Shown: piece after piece, positions 46,248 to 57,602 of the stretch | Numbering within the stretch: position 1 is the stretch's first letter | Layout of the letters: every line of letters starts with the position of its first letter | Source of the DNA: Gemmatimonadota bacterium | GTDB lineage: Bacteria > Gemmatimonadota > Gemmatimonadetes > Gemmatimonadales > GWC2-71-9 | DNA length: 64,000 nt | Direction of reading: 5' to 3' | NCBI GenBank assembly: GCA_036679645.1 | Contig: JAZDCY010000016.1 | Coordinates: 97,615-161,614 of the forward strand | Made by a program: the position numbers and the translations under genes | The notes under the pieces: generated by a model | Databases searched by the model: none | What the model saw: the letters and a program-made list of their open reading frames with translations, nothing else | Told to the model about the DNA's origin: nothing

Positions 46248-47018
46248 ATGGCCGTCATTCCCATCGTCCATTCCGACGTCGCGCTCCGAGCAGCACTCCG
46301 ACGCGGTCTTCCCGGTCCGGGCGCCAGCGTCCGATCGTGCCGGTCGGTCGAGCGGGTCCGCGCGGTGCTGGCGCACGAGTTGGTCGATGCGGTGGTCGTC
46401 GACGTGCTCGATGGGGGAACCGATGCGGCCTTTGCGCTCGCCGCCGATTTCCCCCGCATTCCGTTTTTTGCGTTCTCGGCATTCCGGCCCGATCACGGCG
46501 TGTTGTTGGCTCGGTGCCGGCGCGCCGGGTTGCGCGATGTGCTGGTGGACGGCGTGGACCGACCGGCGGCCGCCGAGATTGTGAGCCGGCAGTCGGCCAG
46601 CAGCGAGCGGAGACGCGTGCTCACCGATGCACCCCGCCGCCTCCACCTGACCGAGCCCCTCCAGCAGCGCGCGTGGGAGGAGATCCTGCAGCGAGCTGGG
46701 ACCCCCACGAGTACGAGCGACATTGCGCGCGCGCTCGGTCACACGCGTGAGCACCTGTCGCGCGAGTTCGGGGCGGGAGGCGCGCCCAACCTGAAACGGG
46801 TCATTGATCTTGCGCGCGCGGTGTGTGCCGCCGATCTGCTTGGCAACCCCGGCTACACCGTCCGCGACGTGGAGCGCATCCTCCACTACTCGTCACCCAG
46901 CCACTTCGCTGGTGCGGCTCGCCGCATTGCGGGGACGACGCCGTCCGGTCTCGCCTCGCTCGGACCGCGCGGCGTGTTCCTACGCTTCCTCAAAGGACGT
47001 ACCCGCAGTAGGATTTGA
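46248..47018 (+). CDS. AraC-like HTH regulator with receiver-like N-terminal domain
   Basis: VDAVVVDV receiver-like strand; SDIARALGHTREHLSREF and VRDVERILHYSSPSHF..GTTPS double HTH. Confidence 0.78.
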   Translation: MAVIPIVHSDVALRAALRRGLPGPGASVRSCRSVERVRAVLAHELVDAVVVDVLDGGTDAAFALAADFPRIPFFAFSAFRPDHGVLLARCRRAGLRDVLVDGVDRPAAAEIVSRQSASSERRRVLTDAPRRLHLTEPLQQRAWEEILQRAGTPTSTSDIARALGHTREHLSREFGAGGAPNLKRVIDLARAVCAADLLGNPGYTVRDVERILHYSSPSHFAGAARRIAGTTPSGLASLGPRGVFLRFLKGRTRSRI

Positions 47019-47119
47019 CGGTCGCGCTCCGCAGTCGCGGCGCTTGCCCCGTGTGGGCTTTGTGATATTTTTCACAAGCTCTTCACAGCCCTGTCCAACC
47101 CTGAGCATGCGTGGGGTTC

Positions 47120-48655
47120 ATGCCAAGTGATTCGATGCTTCGGCCCGGTGAGCTGAAGGATGTACTTCTCAGGGAAATCGAGGCCGCCGACCTCGATGCC
47201 CTCGATGTCCAGGAGGTGGGGACGATCCTCGAGGTCAAGGACGGGACGGCCCGCGTCTACGGGCTCCGCTCGGCGATGGCGGGTGAGATGCTCGAGTTCA
47301 CCTCGTCCGGGACGGGCGAGACGGTCTCCGGTCTAGCGCTCAACCTCGAAGAGGACAACCTCGGTGCGGTGATCCTGGGGGATTTCCTCCAGCTTCGCGA
47401 AGGCGATGAGGTACGCCGCACCGGGCGCGTGCTCGAAGTGCCGGTGGGTCCCGAGATGGTTGGTCGAGTAGTGGACGCGTTGGGCAAACCCATCGACGGA
47501 CTCGGCCCGATCCACGCGGCACAGATGCGCAAGGTCGAGTCACAGGCTCCCGGCATCGTTGCGCGCCAGCCGGTGAAGGAGCCACTGCAGACCGGCATCA
47601 AGGCGATCGACTCCATGATCCCGATCGGCCGGGGTCAGCGCGAGCTGATCATTGGTGATCGAGGTACGGGCAAGACGGCGATCGCCATCGACACGATCAT
47701 CAATCAGAAAGGCCAGGGCGTCATCTGCGTCTACGTGGCCATCGGGCAGAAGAGTTCGACGGTGGTCGCGGTAGTGGAGCGCCTCAAGGAACACGGCGCG
47801 ATGGATTACACGATCGTCGTCGTGGCCGGGGCCGCGGACCCCGCCCCGCTGCTCTACGTGGCGCCGTACTCAGGGTGTGCCATGGCCGAGTACTTCGTGT
47901 ACGAGGAAGGCCGCCACACGCTCTGCGTCTACGACGATCTCTCGAAGCAAGCCGCCGCGTACCGCCAGCTCTCGCTCGTGCTGCGGCGCCCACCCGGACG
48001 TGAGGCGTACCCGGGCGACGTGTTCTATCTGCACTCCCGGCTGCTCGAGCGGGCGGCGAAAATGTCGGATGCGCGCGGTGGCGGATCGCTTACCGCGTTG
48101 CCCGTGATAGAGACCCAGGCGGGTGACGTCTCCGCCTATATCCCCACCAATGTCATCTCTATCACCGACGGCCAGATCTTCCTCGAGACCGATCTGTTCT
48201 ACTCCAACATCCGGCCCGCCATCAACCCGGGTATCTCCGTGTCTCGGGTGGGCGGTGCCGCCCAGATCAAAGCGATGAAGCAGGTCGCCGGCCGGTTGCG
48301 TCTCGAGTACGCGCAGTACCGCGAACTCGAGGCCTTTGCACAGTTCGCGTCGGATCTCGATGCTGCCACGCAGAAGCAGCTGGCGCGCGGTGAACGCATC
48401 GTCGAGGTGCTCAAGCAGCCGCAGTATCAGCCCGTGTCGGTCGAGCACCAGATTCTCTCCATCTTCGCGGTGACGAACGGCTATCTGGACGACGTCGCGC
48501 CAGCAGACATCCGGCAGTGGGAAGAGGACTTCCTGCGCTACGTGGAGGCGAGTCGGAGCGAGGTGACCGAGGCGATCCGGACCAAGAAGCAACTGGACGA
48601 CGAGCTGACCGCCGAGATCAAGAAGGCCATCGAGGACTTCAAGGCGATCAACTAG
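47120..48655 (+). CDS. atpA: F1Fo ATP synthase subunit alpha
   Basis: [49 protein letters not shown]. Confidence 0.98.
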   Translation: MPSDSMLRPGELKDVLLREIEAADLDALDVQEVGTILEVKDGTARVYGLRSAMAGEMLEFTSSGTGETVSGLALNLEEDNLGAVILGDFLQLREGDEVRRTGRVLEVPVGPEMVGRVVDALGKPIDGLGPIHAAQMRKVESQAPGIVARQPVKEPLQTGIKAIDSMIPIGRGQRELIIGDRGTGKTAIAIDTIINQKGQGVICVYVAIGQKSSTVVAVVERLKEHGAMDYTIVVVAGAADPAPLLYVAPYSGCAMAEYFVYEEGRHTLCVYDDLSKQAAAYRQLSLVLRRPPGREAYPGDVFYLHSRLLERAAKMSDARGGGSLTALPVIETQAGDVSAYIPTNVISITDGQIFLETDLFYSNIRPAINPGISVSRVGGAAQIKAMKQVAGRLRLEYAQYRELEAFAQFASDLDAATQKQLARGERIVEVLKQPQYQPVSVEHQILSIFAVTNGYLDDVAPADIRQWEEDFLRYVEASRSEVTEAIRTKKQLDDELTAEIKKAIEDFKAIN

Positions 48656-49522
48656 ATGGCCCAGACCCGCGAGCTGCGCCGGCGTATCAAGTCGGTGGAG
48701 AACACCCGCAAGATCACGAAGACGATGGAGATGGTGGCCACGTCGAAGCTGAAGCGTGCCCAGGAGCGGGTCGTGGCGGCCAGGCCCTATGCAGAGGCGC
48801 TCGCCGGCGTGCTCAGTGATCTCTACAGTCCAGAGTTGGCCGAACGGTTTCCGCTGTTGCGTCAGCCCAAGGGCGTGCCGAAGCGAGTCGCGCTGATCGC
48901 GTCGACGAGCAATCGGGGACTGTGTGGCGCGTTCAACGCCAACCTCATCCGGGAAACGCGGCGGCGGATCGCGACCCTCGAGAGCGAGGGTACCCAGGTC
49001 GAGTTGCACCAGATCGGGCGGAAGGGAATTGGGTTCTTCCGGTTCAACGGCAGAGAGATGGCCTCCGAGCGGCAGGACATTGGTGATCGGCCTACACCGG
49101 CGCAGGCGGCGGAGATCGTTGACCCGCTCATGGAGCGATTTGCGCTCGGGGAGTTGGACGCCGTCGAGGTGGTGTTCGCGAAGTTCGTGAGCCCGCTCAC
49201 GACCCCGCCCACCCTGCTTCCCATCCTCCCGATCCGCCCCCCAAAGGCGGACAGGCGGGAGGGCGACTACATCCTCCGCCCTTCCGCGGAGGACCTACTC
49301 ACCGCGTTGCTCCCGCTCTACGTCCGGAACCAGGTGTACCGCGCGTTGGTCGAGTCCGTGGCGTCGGAACAGGGGGCACGCCGCACCGCCATGAAGAGTG
49401 CCACCGATAACGCGGGCGATATGATCGACATGCTGCGGCGCACATTCAACCGCGCGCGGCAGGCGCAGATCACTCAGGAAATCGCAGAGATCGTAGGTGG
49501 GGCGGAGGCGCTCGAGGGATGA
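48656..49522 (+). CDS. atpG: F1Fo ATP synthase subunit gamma
   Basis: RIKSVENTRKITKTMEMVA, RGLCGAFN, NRARQAQITQEIAEIVGG. Confidence 0.97.
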   Translation: MAQTRELRRRIKSVENTRKITKTMEMVATSKLKRAQERVVAARPYAEALAGVLSDLYSPELAERFPLLRQPKGVPKRVALIASTSNRGLCGAFNANLIRETRRRIATLESEGTQVELHQIGRKGIGFFRFNGREMASERQDIGDRPTPAQAAEIVDPLMERFALGELDAVEVVFAKFVSPLTTPPTLLPILPIRPPKADRREGDYILRPSAEDLLTALLPLYVRNQVYRALVESVASEQGARRTAMKSATDNAGDMIDMLRRTFNRARQAQITQEIAEIVGGAEALEG

Positions 49523-49606
49523 ACGTGCACCGTACAACGTTCAACGTGCAACGGGCTGGCTTTGCGCAAAGCGCCACGATGCACGTTGCACCTTGCACGT
49601 TGCCCG
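49522..49606. repeat. Inverted heptamer-repeat hairpin (AACGTGC/GCACGTT) in the atpG-atpD spacer
   Basis: Five left units, four right units, central perfect palindrome gctttgcgcaaagc. Confidence 0.75.
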
Positions 49607-49626
49607 CCACCCGTCACGGGAACTGA

Positions 49627-51056
<1,430 letters not shown>

Positions 51057-51057
<1 letters not shown>

Positions 51058-51317
51058 TGCATGTCACGGTGATCTCCCCCGCCAAGGCCGTACTTGATGC
51101 CGATGCTGACGCGGTGACGGCGCCGGCGTACGATGGCCAGGTCGGGATTCTCCCGCGGCACGCCCCGTTCCTCACGCTGCTCGGGGAGGGCCGCCTCGTG
51201 GTGAGGTCCGGTGGGAAGGATCGAACAATCGAAGTCCGAGGGGGTTTCCTTCAGGTGGCGAACGATGTCGTGCGCATCGTTGCCGAACACGCCGAGGAGA
51301 TTGAGCATGCTTCGTAG
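51057..51317 (+). CDS. atpC: F1Fo ATP synthase subunit epsilon (short form)
   Basis: VTVISP, GQVGILPRHAPFLTLL, VRGGFLQV; 86 aa, ends right after the beta-sandwich. Confidence 0.93.
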
Positions 51318-51981
51318 CCGCGTTTCGTCGCTGGTTGCAGCCGTATCGGAGTCATCCGTGTCCGTCGCACTTGCAATGGCCGCGACGCTCGCTGTCACAT
51401 CCGTGGCCGTGGGGCAAGCCACCGGCACCCCCTCGTTCAACGCGCCGTACCGAGCCTTTGCGCAGCACGAGTTTGGCGGCACGATCAGCTTTCTGACGGA
51501 CGGTCCCAGCGACGCAACGGCCCTCGAGGGCCAATACAGGTTTGGGTACCGGAACTTCGATATTGGCGCGCGCGGCGGGCTGGTGTTTCGCGACGATCCT
51601 AGGGAGAACAGCGTGATTCTCGGCGTCGAGGTCCGGACGCGTGTCATCACGCACCAGGAATCGTTCCCGCTTGATGGCGCCATCATCTTTGGTGCGGGAC
51701 TCGATATCGACGGCGGTACGTCACTCATTCTGCCGATCGGTCTCTCACTTGGACGCCGCCTCGATGTGCGGGATTCCCAGGTCAGCATAGTGCCGTATGT
51801 CCAACCGACCGGTTTTCTGGTGAACGGCCGGAACGCGGCCGGGAACCGGGACACCGACTTCGACATCGGGATCGGGATCGGGGCAGATTTTCGACTCAGC
51901 GAGCTGTTCGACGCTCGTGTGAGCGTCGGACTGGGAAACGGGCCCGAAGGGGTTTCGATCAGCGCCGTGTGGGTGAGGTAG
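51307..51981 (+). CDS. Putative outer-membrane beta-barrel protein
   Basis: Signal-like N-terminus; Gly/aromatic amphipathic strands; C-terminal GVSISAVWVR. Start uncertain. Confidence 0.7.
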   Translation: MLRSRVSSLVAAVSESSVSVALAMAATLAVTSVAVGQATGTPSFNAPYRAFAQHEFGGTISFLTDGPSDATALEGQYRFGYRNFDIGARGGLVFRDDPRENSVILGVEVRTRVITHQESFPLDGAIIFGAGLDIDGGTSLILPIGLSLGRRLDVRDSQVSIVPYVQPTGFLVNGRNAAGNRDTDFDIGIGIGADFRLSELFDARVSVGLGNGPEGVSISAVWVR

Positions 51982-52166
51982 CCCTGGTGTGACTTCGGGC
52001 ACGGTCGCGAGGCCGTGAATATCCGATAAATCACGTCCCCCAAGGTATTGACGTGCCGCCCGGCGTTTCTTAGCTATTGGGGCCTTGTGCCCCACCGGCT
52101 TCCAGGCCGGCGGCTCAAGGGGAATCTGGTTCATTGAACGAGTCCTATCTCACGGGAGACGCTCCG

Positions 52167-52823
52167 ATGAAATTAGTCTCACGCTTTGCCGCTGCCGCCC
52201 TGGCGCTGAGCTTCTTTGGCGTTGAGGCATCGGCCCAGGTCGCCGGGATGCCGGTCAACTACGCCCCGGCCGGTACCGGTGTCACCATTCACGGTGGTGT
52301 GGGCCGGGGGGTCAACACCAACTCCGGCAAGCTCACGTCGGCGGGTGGCGGCATCGTCATTGGCATGCCAACCATCTCCTTCGGTGCGGACCTGTCGCTC
52401 TTTGATGCCAGCGGCGCCAAGGATATTTCCTTTGGTGGGCACGTCGCATACGGCTTGCCGTTGGCGCCGGGGGGGCCGGTAGACCTGTCGATCGTCGCCG
52501 GTGTCGGCTACATCAGCCAGGACTTCGCCGGCGCCAGTATCACTACGATCATGGTGCCTGCGGGCGTAACGATCGCCTTCAACGTGCCCTCCCCGAGCAT
52601 GGACGTCACGCCGTGGGTATCCCCCCAATTCCGTTTCGCCCGCGTTTCGAACGGGACTAGCGTCTCGAGCTCGAATTTCGGTGTCTCGGGTGGCCTGAGT
52701 ATCACGCTGCCCATGGGCTTCGGGTTCCAGGCGATCGGCGATTACGATGCCGAAAGCAAGGGATTCCTGATCGGTGGCGGCGTGCACTTCTCGATCTCGA
52801 CGCCCGGTATGTCCGGTATGTAG
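52167..52823 (+). CDS. Putative outer-membrane beta-barrel protein
   Basis: SD GGGAG; signal peptide ending ASA-Q; amphipathic strands; paralog of the next gene. Confidence 0.75.
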   Translation: MKLVSRFAAAALALSFFGVEASAQVAGMPVNYAPAGTGVTIHGGVGRGVNTNSGKLTSAGGGIVIGMPTISFGADLSLFDASGAKDISFGGHVAYGLPLAPGGPVDLSIVAGVGYISQDFAGASITTIMVPAGVTIAFNVPSPSMDVTPWVSPQFRFARVSNGTSVSSSNFGVSGGLSITLPMGFGFQAIGDYDAESKGFLIGGGVHFSISTPGMSGM

Positions 52824-52860
52824 CCGGGCCTACGAGGTCACGAGACCGTTGCGTGATGGT

Positions 52861-52896
52861 AGAGGCGTCCCCCAGAGGGACGCCTCTCCTTTTCTT
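52861..52896 (+). terminator. Intrinsic terminator
   Basis: agaggcgtccc-ccaga-gggacgcctct followed by ccttttctt. Confidence 0.7.
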
Positions 52897-52919
52897 ATCT
52901 ACCCACCAAGGAGCGTGGA

Positions 52920-53596
52920 ATGAGAGTTTCACGGATTGTCGGAGCTGCATTCTTGTGCGCTATGATCGCCACACCTGCCGTCGCACAACAGGTGGGCAAC
53001 GTCGTCTACGTCTCGCCAAAACACGGCACCGGCATATCCATCATCGGGGACTTCGCCAGAGGTCTGAACGATGCGTCGGGGAAGACCAACTACTTTGGCG
53101 GACGGGCCATTCTGAGTCTGCCGCTCCTCACCCTGTCAGCCGGTGTCGGTGTCGTGAAAGCCGACGATGCCCTCGACCCCGGCGCCGAGAGCGAGATCAC
53201 GTTTGGCGGGCTGGCGTCGCTGAATGTCATCAGCGCGCCGCTCATGCCGGTTGCCGTCGCGGTTCGGGACCGGGCTCCGACGCGACGTTTCTGCGCTTCC
53301 CGGTGGGTGCCGCGATCGCGATCAGCGTGCCGTCGCCCAGCGTCTCCGTGGAACCGTGGATTGCTCCGCGTATCGACATCACGCGTGTCTCGAACAGCAC
53401 GAGCAGCACCGACTCCAACTTTGGGGTGTCGGGAGGGGTCAATATCGGGCTCCCGAACGGTATCGGCCTGCATGCCGCGTTCGACTACGTGGCGGTGTCT
53501 TCCGACGTCCCGGGCGTCAGTAGCTCGGACCTGTCACCATTCATCGTCGGCGTCGGACTGCACTACAAGATTTCCGTGCCTAGCTTGGGGATGTAG
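52920..53596 (+). pseudogene. OMP paralog with frameshift near 53265
   Basis: N-half in the frame of ORF 52920 (MRVSRIV...PVAVAV); C-half in the frame ending 53596 (FLRFPVGAAIAISVPSPSVSVEPW..NFGVSGG..ISVPSLGM), which aligns with the 52167 protein. Confidence 0.8.
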
Positions 53597-53604
53597 GTGG
53601 TAGA

Positions 53605-53669
53605 GGCGATGAAAGGGGCGATGATCTCCGCCATCGCCCCTTTCATCGCCCCCATCATCGCCCCTTTCA
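53605..53669. terminator. 19-bp perfect inverted repeat with 12-mer units between convergent genes
   Basis: ggcgatgaaaggggcgatg (53605-23) / catcgcccctttcatcgcc (53632-50), then further catcgccc units. Confidence 0.7.
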
Positions 53670-54923
53670 AATCAGTTTCCCAATCTCCCTCGCATCCACC
53701 GCAGCAGCACCCGGGGCGAGGGTTCTCCGGGCTGCCAGGCCGGCTTCCCGACGCATCTCCGGGTTGCGGAGCCATCGGTCAAGCACCGCAGCGAGCGCCT
53801 CCGGCGAGCGATCGGCTGGCGCCGCAGCCCCACCGCACGCGATCAGTGTCGCGGCATCCCCGTGCAATCGCCAGCGAGGTCCAACGACCACCGGGACTGC
53901 GAGGGCCGCGGGCTCGATCACCGCGTGCAGCCCGCCGCTCCCGTAGCCACCCCCGACGTACGCCAGGTCCGCCGCGAGGTAGAGATCAAACAGGCCTCCC
54001 AGCGACTTGGCAACGGCGATGTGGCTTGTGGGCGAAAGCGGGTCGGCACCCACCGTGTCCCATCGCTCCGTCTCGAGACCCGCTGCTGCGAGGCGACGCT
54101 CGATGAGGGCGATCAGGGCGTCGTGCGGACGGTGCGGCACTAGCACGACGCGCAGCGACGTTGCTAGCACGACCCGGGACAGGGCGGTCACTAGGGGCGC
54201 CACATCACTTGGCTCCACGCTGCCGGCCACCAGTACCGGGTCCGCTCCGGCCCAGTGCCGGATCAAGCTCGCCGCCGTGGTGTCAGCGGGTCGTTCCAGC
54301 ACAAAGTCGTGTCGGGGATCGCCGCTCACGCGAAGAATCTCGGGGCGCGCACCGAGCCGACGCCAGCGCCCCGCATCCTCGATGCTCACCGCTCCCAGGT
54401 AATCGATTCGTTGTGCGGCGTCGTGCAGCACCGACCGCGCGGGCCACCGCAGCCGGCCGCTTCCGCGCGAGATGATGCCCCCGGTCACAGCGATGGGGAG
54501 GTCCTCTTGGGATACGGCACGGACGAGTTCCGGCCAAAGGTCCCCGCGGCTGAACACGAGGGCGGCAGGGCGGAGTGCCTTCAGCACCGGTAACACGTGA
54601 GCGCGTTCGTCGAGTGGCAGGAAGTCTGCATGGTCGATCCCGTCGAATGACCACGCGGTAACCGACGGCGATGTGTACGTGAGTACGCATTGCAATGCGG
54701 GATGTGCGGCCCGCAACCGATGGATCACCGGGAGGCAGGCCATCGTCTCCCCCACGGAGGGCGCGTGGACCCATAGCCCCGTCCCTTGCCCTGTCTCCCT
54801 AGCCCATTCCACCCACCGATCCCGCGCGCCGCGCCTGCCGCTGACACTGTCGGCCAGCTTACCCGTAGGGAGGGGCAGCCGGTGCAAGATGTGGGCGGCG
54901 CTGCGGTAGACCAGGCGATGCAC
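53667..54923 (-). CDS. waaA: 3-deoxy-D-manno-octulosonic acid transferase (WaaA/KdtA-like)
   Basis: LWVHAPSVGE, FLPLD, DLWPEL, SGDPRHD, LVPH, YVGGGY..HAVIEPAA. Confidence 0.85.
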   Translation of the reverse strand: MHRLVYRSAAHILHRLPLPTGKLADSVSGRRGARDRWVEWARETGQGTGLWVHAPSVGETMACLPVIHRLRAAHPALQCVLTYTSPSVTAWSFDGIDHADFLPLDERAHVLPVLKALRPAALVFSRGDLWPELVRAVSQEDLPIAVTGGIISRGSGRLRWPARSVLHDAAQRIDYLGAVSIEDAGRWRRLGARPEILRVSGDPRHDFVLERPADTTAASLIRHWAGADPVLVAGSVEPSDVAPLVTALSRVVLATSLRVVLVPHRPHDALIALIERRLAAAGLETERWDTVGADPLSPTSHIAVAKSLGGLFDLYLAADLAYVGGGYGSGGLHAVIEPAALAVPVVVGPRWRLHGDAATLIACGGAAAPADRSPEALAAVLDRWLRNPEMRREAGLAARRTLAPGAAAVDAREIGKLI

Positions 54924-54950
54924 TGAGAGGAAACTGCTACCTTGACGGAC

Positions 54951-55700
54951 ATGACGCTACGCGGGGCCTTTCGGACCTATGTGACGGCGACACGCGAGCC
55001 GCGCTACAGCGTGGTGTTCGCGTTTCCGCTCCTCTTGCTGTACGAGCTGCTCGCGTTTCTGCTCTCGCAGTCGGCTTTCGCCGGCGTGCGAAACGGGGCC
55101 GACGTACTACTGAAGACGTTTTTCGTGGCCCTTGGCGGGCGCGAAGGACTGGCGATATTCACGCTGCTGCTGCTGGGGTTCGGCGGGTGGCTCGTCTGGC
55201 GCGATACCCGGCGGAGTCCCGGGAAACTCGACGCGCGCTATTTCGGTGGCATGCTGGCGGAGAGCCTCGTGTATGCCGCACTCCTTGGCGGAGTCGTCTC
55301 TTCACTCACGTCGATGCTGCTGCGCGGGCCGCTCATGGTCGTTGCACAGGGCGGCGGTGTCACCGAGCTGCCGCTCGGGACCCAGTTGGTCGTGTCGTTG
55401 GGCGCCGGACTCTACGAGGAGCTGCTCTTTCGGGTCCTGCTCGTGGTGGGTATCAGCGCCCTCTGTCTGCGGCTTGGCTGGAAGAAACCCCAGGCCGTGG
55501 CGGCGGCGGTGGTGGGCAGTGCGATCATCTTCAGCGGGTTCCACTATGTCGGCCCGTTGGGCGACACGTTCACCGTGGCGTCTTTTACGTTCCGTGCGGT
55601 CGCCGGGCTAATGTTGAGCGGGCTTTATGTGACGCGCGGCTTTGGAGTCGTCGCCTGGACGCACGCGTTGTACGACGTGGGTCTGGCGATGACGATGTGA
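54951..55700 (+). CDS. CPBP (Abi/CAAX) family intramembrane glutamic endopeptidase
   Basis: YEELLFR, FSGFHY, AWTHALYD motifs; multiple TM helices. Confidence 0.87.
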   Translation: MTLRGAFRTYVTATREPRYSVVFAFPLLLLYELLAFLLSQSAFAGVRNGADVLLKTFFVALGGREGLAIFTLLLLGFGGWLVWRDTRRSPGKLDARYFGGMLAESLVYAALLGGVVSSLTSMLLRGPLMVVAQGGGVTELPLGTQLVVSLGAGLYEELLFRVLLVVGISALCLRLGWKKPQAVAAAVVGSAIIFSGFHYVGPLGDTFTVASFTFRAVAGLMLSGLYVTRGFGVVAWTHALYDVGLAMTM

Positions 55701-55719
55701 AGGGCTTCCATCGCCCCCA

Positions 55720-56448
55720 TCAGGTCCCCGTTTTCTCCGCGTAGAGGCTGTCCAGGATGGGTCGCCACGCGTCGATAGGCGCGGCGCCGCTCACCAGGGC
55801 GCCCTCGATGATGAATGACGGGGTGCTACGCACCCCTGCCTGGAATGCGCTCTGCGCCTCGCTCATGACCAGGCCTCGTGTGTCTCCCCGACTGAGGCAG
55901 GCATCCAGCGAGTCCCGCTGCAGCTCGGCCGACTCGGCCAGGTTCATGAAATAGTCGCGCGGGTTGTCCAGCGGAGCCCATGCCTCCTGGCTGGTATAGA
56001 GCAGATCGTGCACCGCCCAAAACCGGTCCTGGCGGGCGGCACACATGGCAAACTCGTGCGCCGCGGCCGCGTTGGGGTGGACCTGCATGAGCGGGAAGTT
56101 GACAAAGACGATACGGAGCTTCCCGGGGTCTACATACTCACTCAAAATGTGCGGCAGCGTTTCGTTGAAGAAGAGGCGACACGCGGGGCACTGGAAATCG
56201 CCCACCTCATATAGCGTGAGCGGGGCGGCGGAATCCCCCTTGGTTCGTTGCGCGATCAGGTAGTCGGGTGCTTGCCCGGCGCTCGCGGGTGCTGCCGACG
56301 AGGAGCGATCCGCGTCTGAGTACTCGCCGCTGGCCCCGCCGCCAACGAGGTCATCCGTGGTCAGCGTTCCCCAGGGCCCCAGGGCGGCGCCCACGCCCGC
56401 GAGCAAGACCACGCCGGCGGCGGCAAGGACCATGTTTCGTGCGGTCAC
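55720..56448 (-). CDS. DsbA/thioredoxin-fold protein
   Basis: GDFQCPAC (CxxC), FVNFPL..HPNA, GVRSTPSFII; N-terminal anchor. Confidence 0.9.
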   Translation of the reverse strand: MTARNMVLAAAGVVLLAGVGAALGPWGTLTTDDLVGGGASGEYSDADRSSSAAPASAGQAPDYLIAQRTKGDSAAPLTLYEVGDFQCPACRLFFNETLPHILSEYVDPGKLRIVFVNFPLMQVHPNAAAAHEFAMCAARQDRFWAVHDLLYTSQEAWAPLDNPRDYFMNLAESAELQRDSLDACLSRGDTRGLVMSEAQSAFQAGVRSTPSFIIEGALVSGAAPIDAWRPILDSLYAEKTGT

Positions 56449-57602
56449 TGTTCGGTCCGCGCGGCGATTCGGCGCAACTGCCCGCCCGTCCGGTCCAGGA
56501 GATAGATGAAATCGCCGTCCGTTTCCACGGCGGCTACGAAGCCCGCCTCCCGGGCAAGCCCAACGGCGGTGAACCGGCCTTCTTCCAAACGCGTCAGATA
56601 GAGCCCCTCGGGGCCCCCGGCGACGTACACGAAATTCCCCACGATGGCCGCGTCATACGCAAACCGGGCACCGCTCCAATTGGCCACTTGTCTCGGTGCA
56701 GCCGGGTCGCTGATATCCACGGCATAGACGCCCCCGGAACCCGCGGCCACCACCGCCATCGGTCCCTCGATGGCGAGGCGTCGCCCGATCGTCGGGAGCA
56801 CGAACTCCCCAGCCTCCTCGCCGGTACCATCGGGCGCAATGCGATACGCCACGAGCCGGTCTTCGGTGAGGACCCAGAGAAGCTCTTTCCCCTGCCACTC
56901 GAGGTCCACCACACGACTCAACTGCTCGATCGGGTCGGCCAGTGGGACGATCGAGTCGGCGACCCGGACGATCTGGAATTCGGGGCCGAGACCTATGGCC
57001 GTCAACTCACCGTCGGCGGAGAGGGCGGAGATCTCACCCGGGTGGGCCAACGCCCCCGGCTCGTCCCCCCGTAACGGGAAACGGTAGAGTCCCACACCTG
57101 TGCCCACGAACATCGCGTTGCGGGCGCTGTCGGCTGTGACCGGTCCAATACTCCTCAGGCCCCGAGCCCGGATGCCGACCCGCTCGAGGCGCGGCCCTGC
57201 ACGGACCAACTCCACCCCTTCTTCGCCGGTGACGAAGATCGTGCGGGCGCCCAAGACGATGTCGTTGGGAATCACGCTCAACGGAAGCTCCACGCCGTGC
57301 AGGGACATGGGGGGCGCGTGCGCGTAGCGCAGCGAGTACAGCCGGTCCATCTCACTGCCGATCAAGAACCCGAGAAAGGCACCCGCGCCTATCGTGACCG
57401 GCACGACACAGGACACGCTGGAACAGCCGCCGATGTCCCTCTCGAACTGGATGGCGTAGAGCGATGCGACGCTGCCCGCGAGCAGCATCCCGACACCCGT
57501 CATGAGCCACTTGCGGGGAATGCGCTGCGCGGAGGCGGATGGCGCCAGGACGGTGGGTGCGACCACCGCGAGCGCTAGGGCGAGGACCAGTGTCCGTCGC
57601 AT
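56445..57602 (-). CDS. Exported protein with LVIVD-like beta-propeller repeats
   Basis: Signal peptide MRRTLVLALAL; two hydrophobic segments; AAGSGGVYAVDISDPAAP and YVAGGPEGL repeats; TAATG coupling to the upstream gene. Confidence 0.72.
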   Translation of the reverse strand: MRRTLVLALALAVVAPTVLAPSASAQRIPRKWLMTGVGMLLAGSVASLYAIQFERDIGGCSSVSCVVPVTIGAGAFLGFLIGSEMDRLYSLRYAHAPPMSLHGVELPLSVIPNDIVLGARTIFVTGEEGVELVRAGPRLERVGIRARGLRSIGPVTADSARNAMFVGTGVGLYRFPLRGDEPGALAHPGEISALSADGELTAIGLGPEFQIVRVADSIVPLADPIEQLSRVVDLEWQGKELLWVLTEDRLVAYRIAPDGTGEEAGEFVLPTIGRRLAIEGPMAVVAAGSGGVYAVDISDPAAPRQVANWSGARFAYDAAIVGNFVYVAGGPEGLYLTRLEEGRFTAVGLAREAGFVAAVETDGDFIYLLDRTGGQLRRIAARTEQ

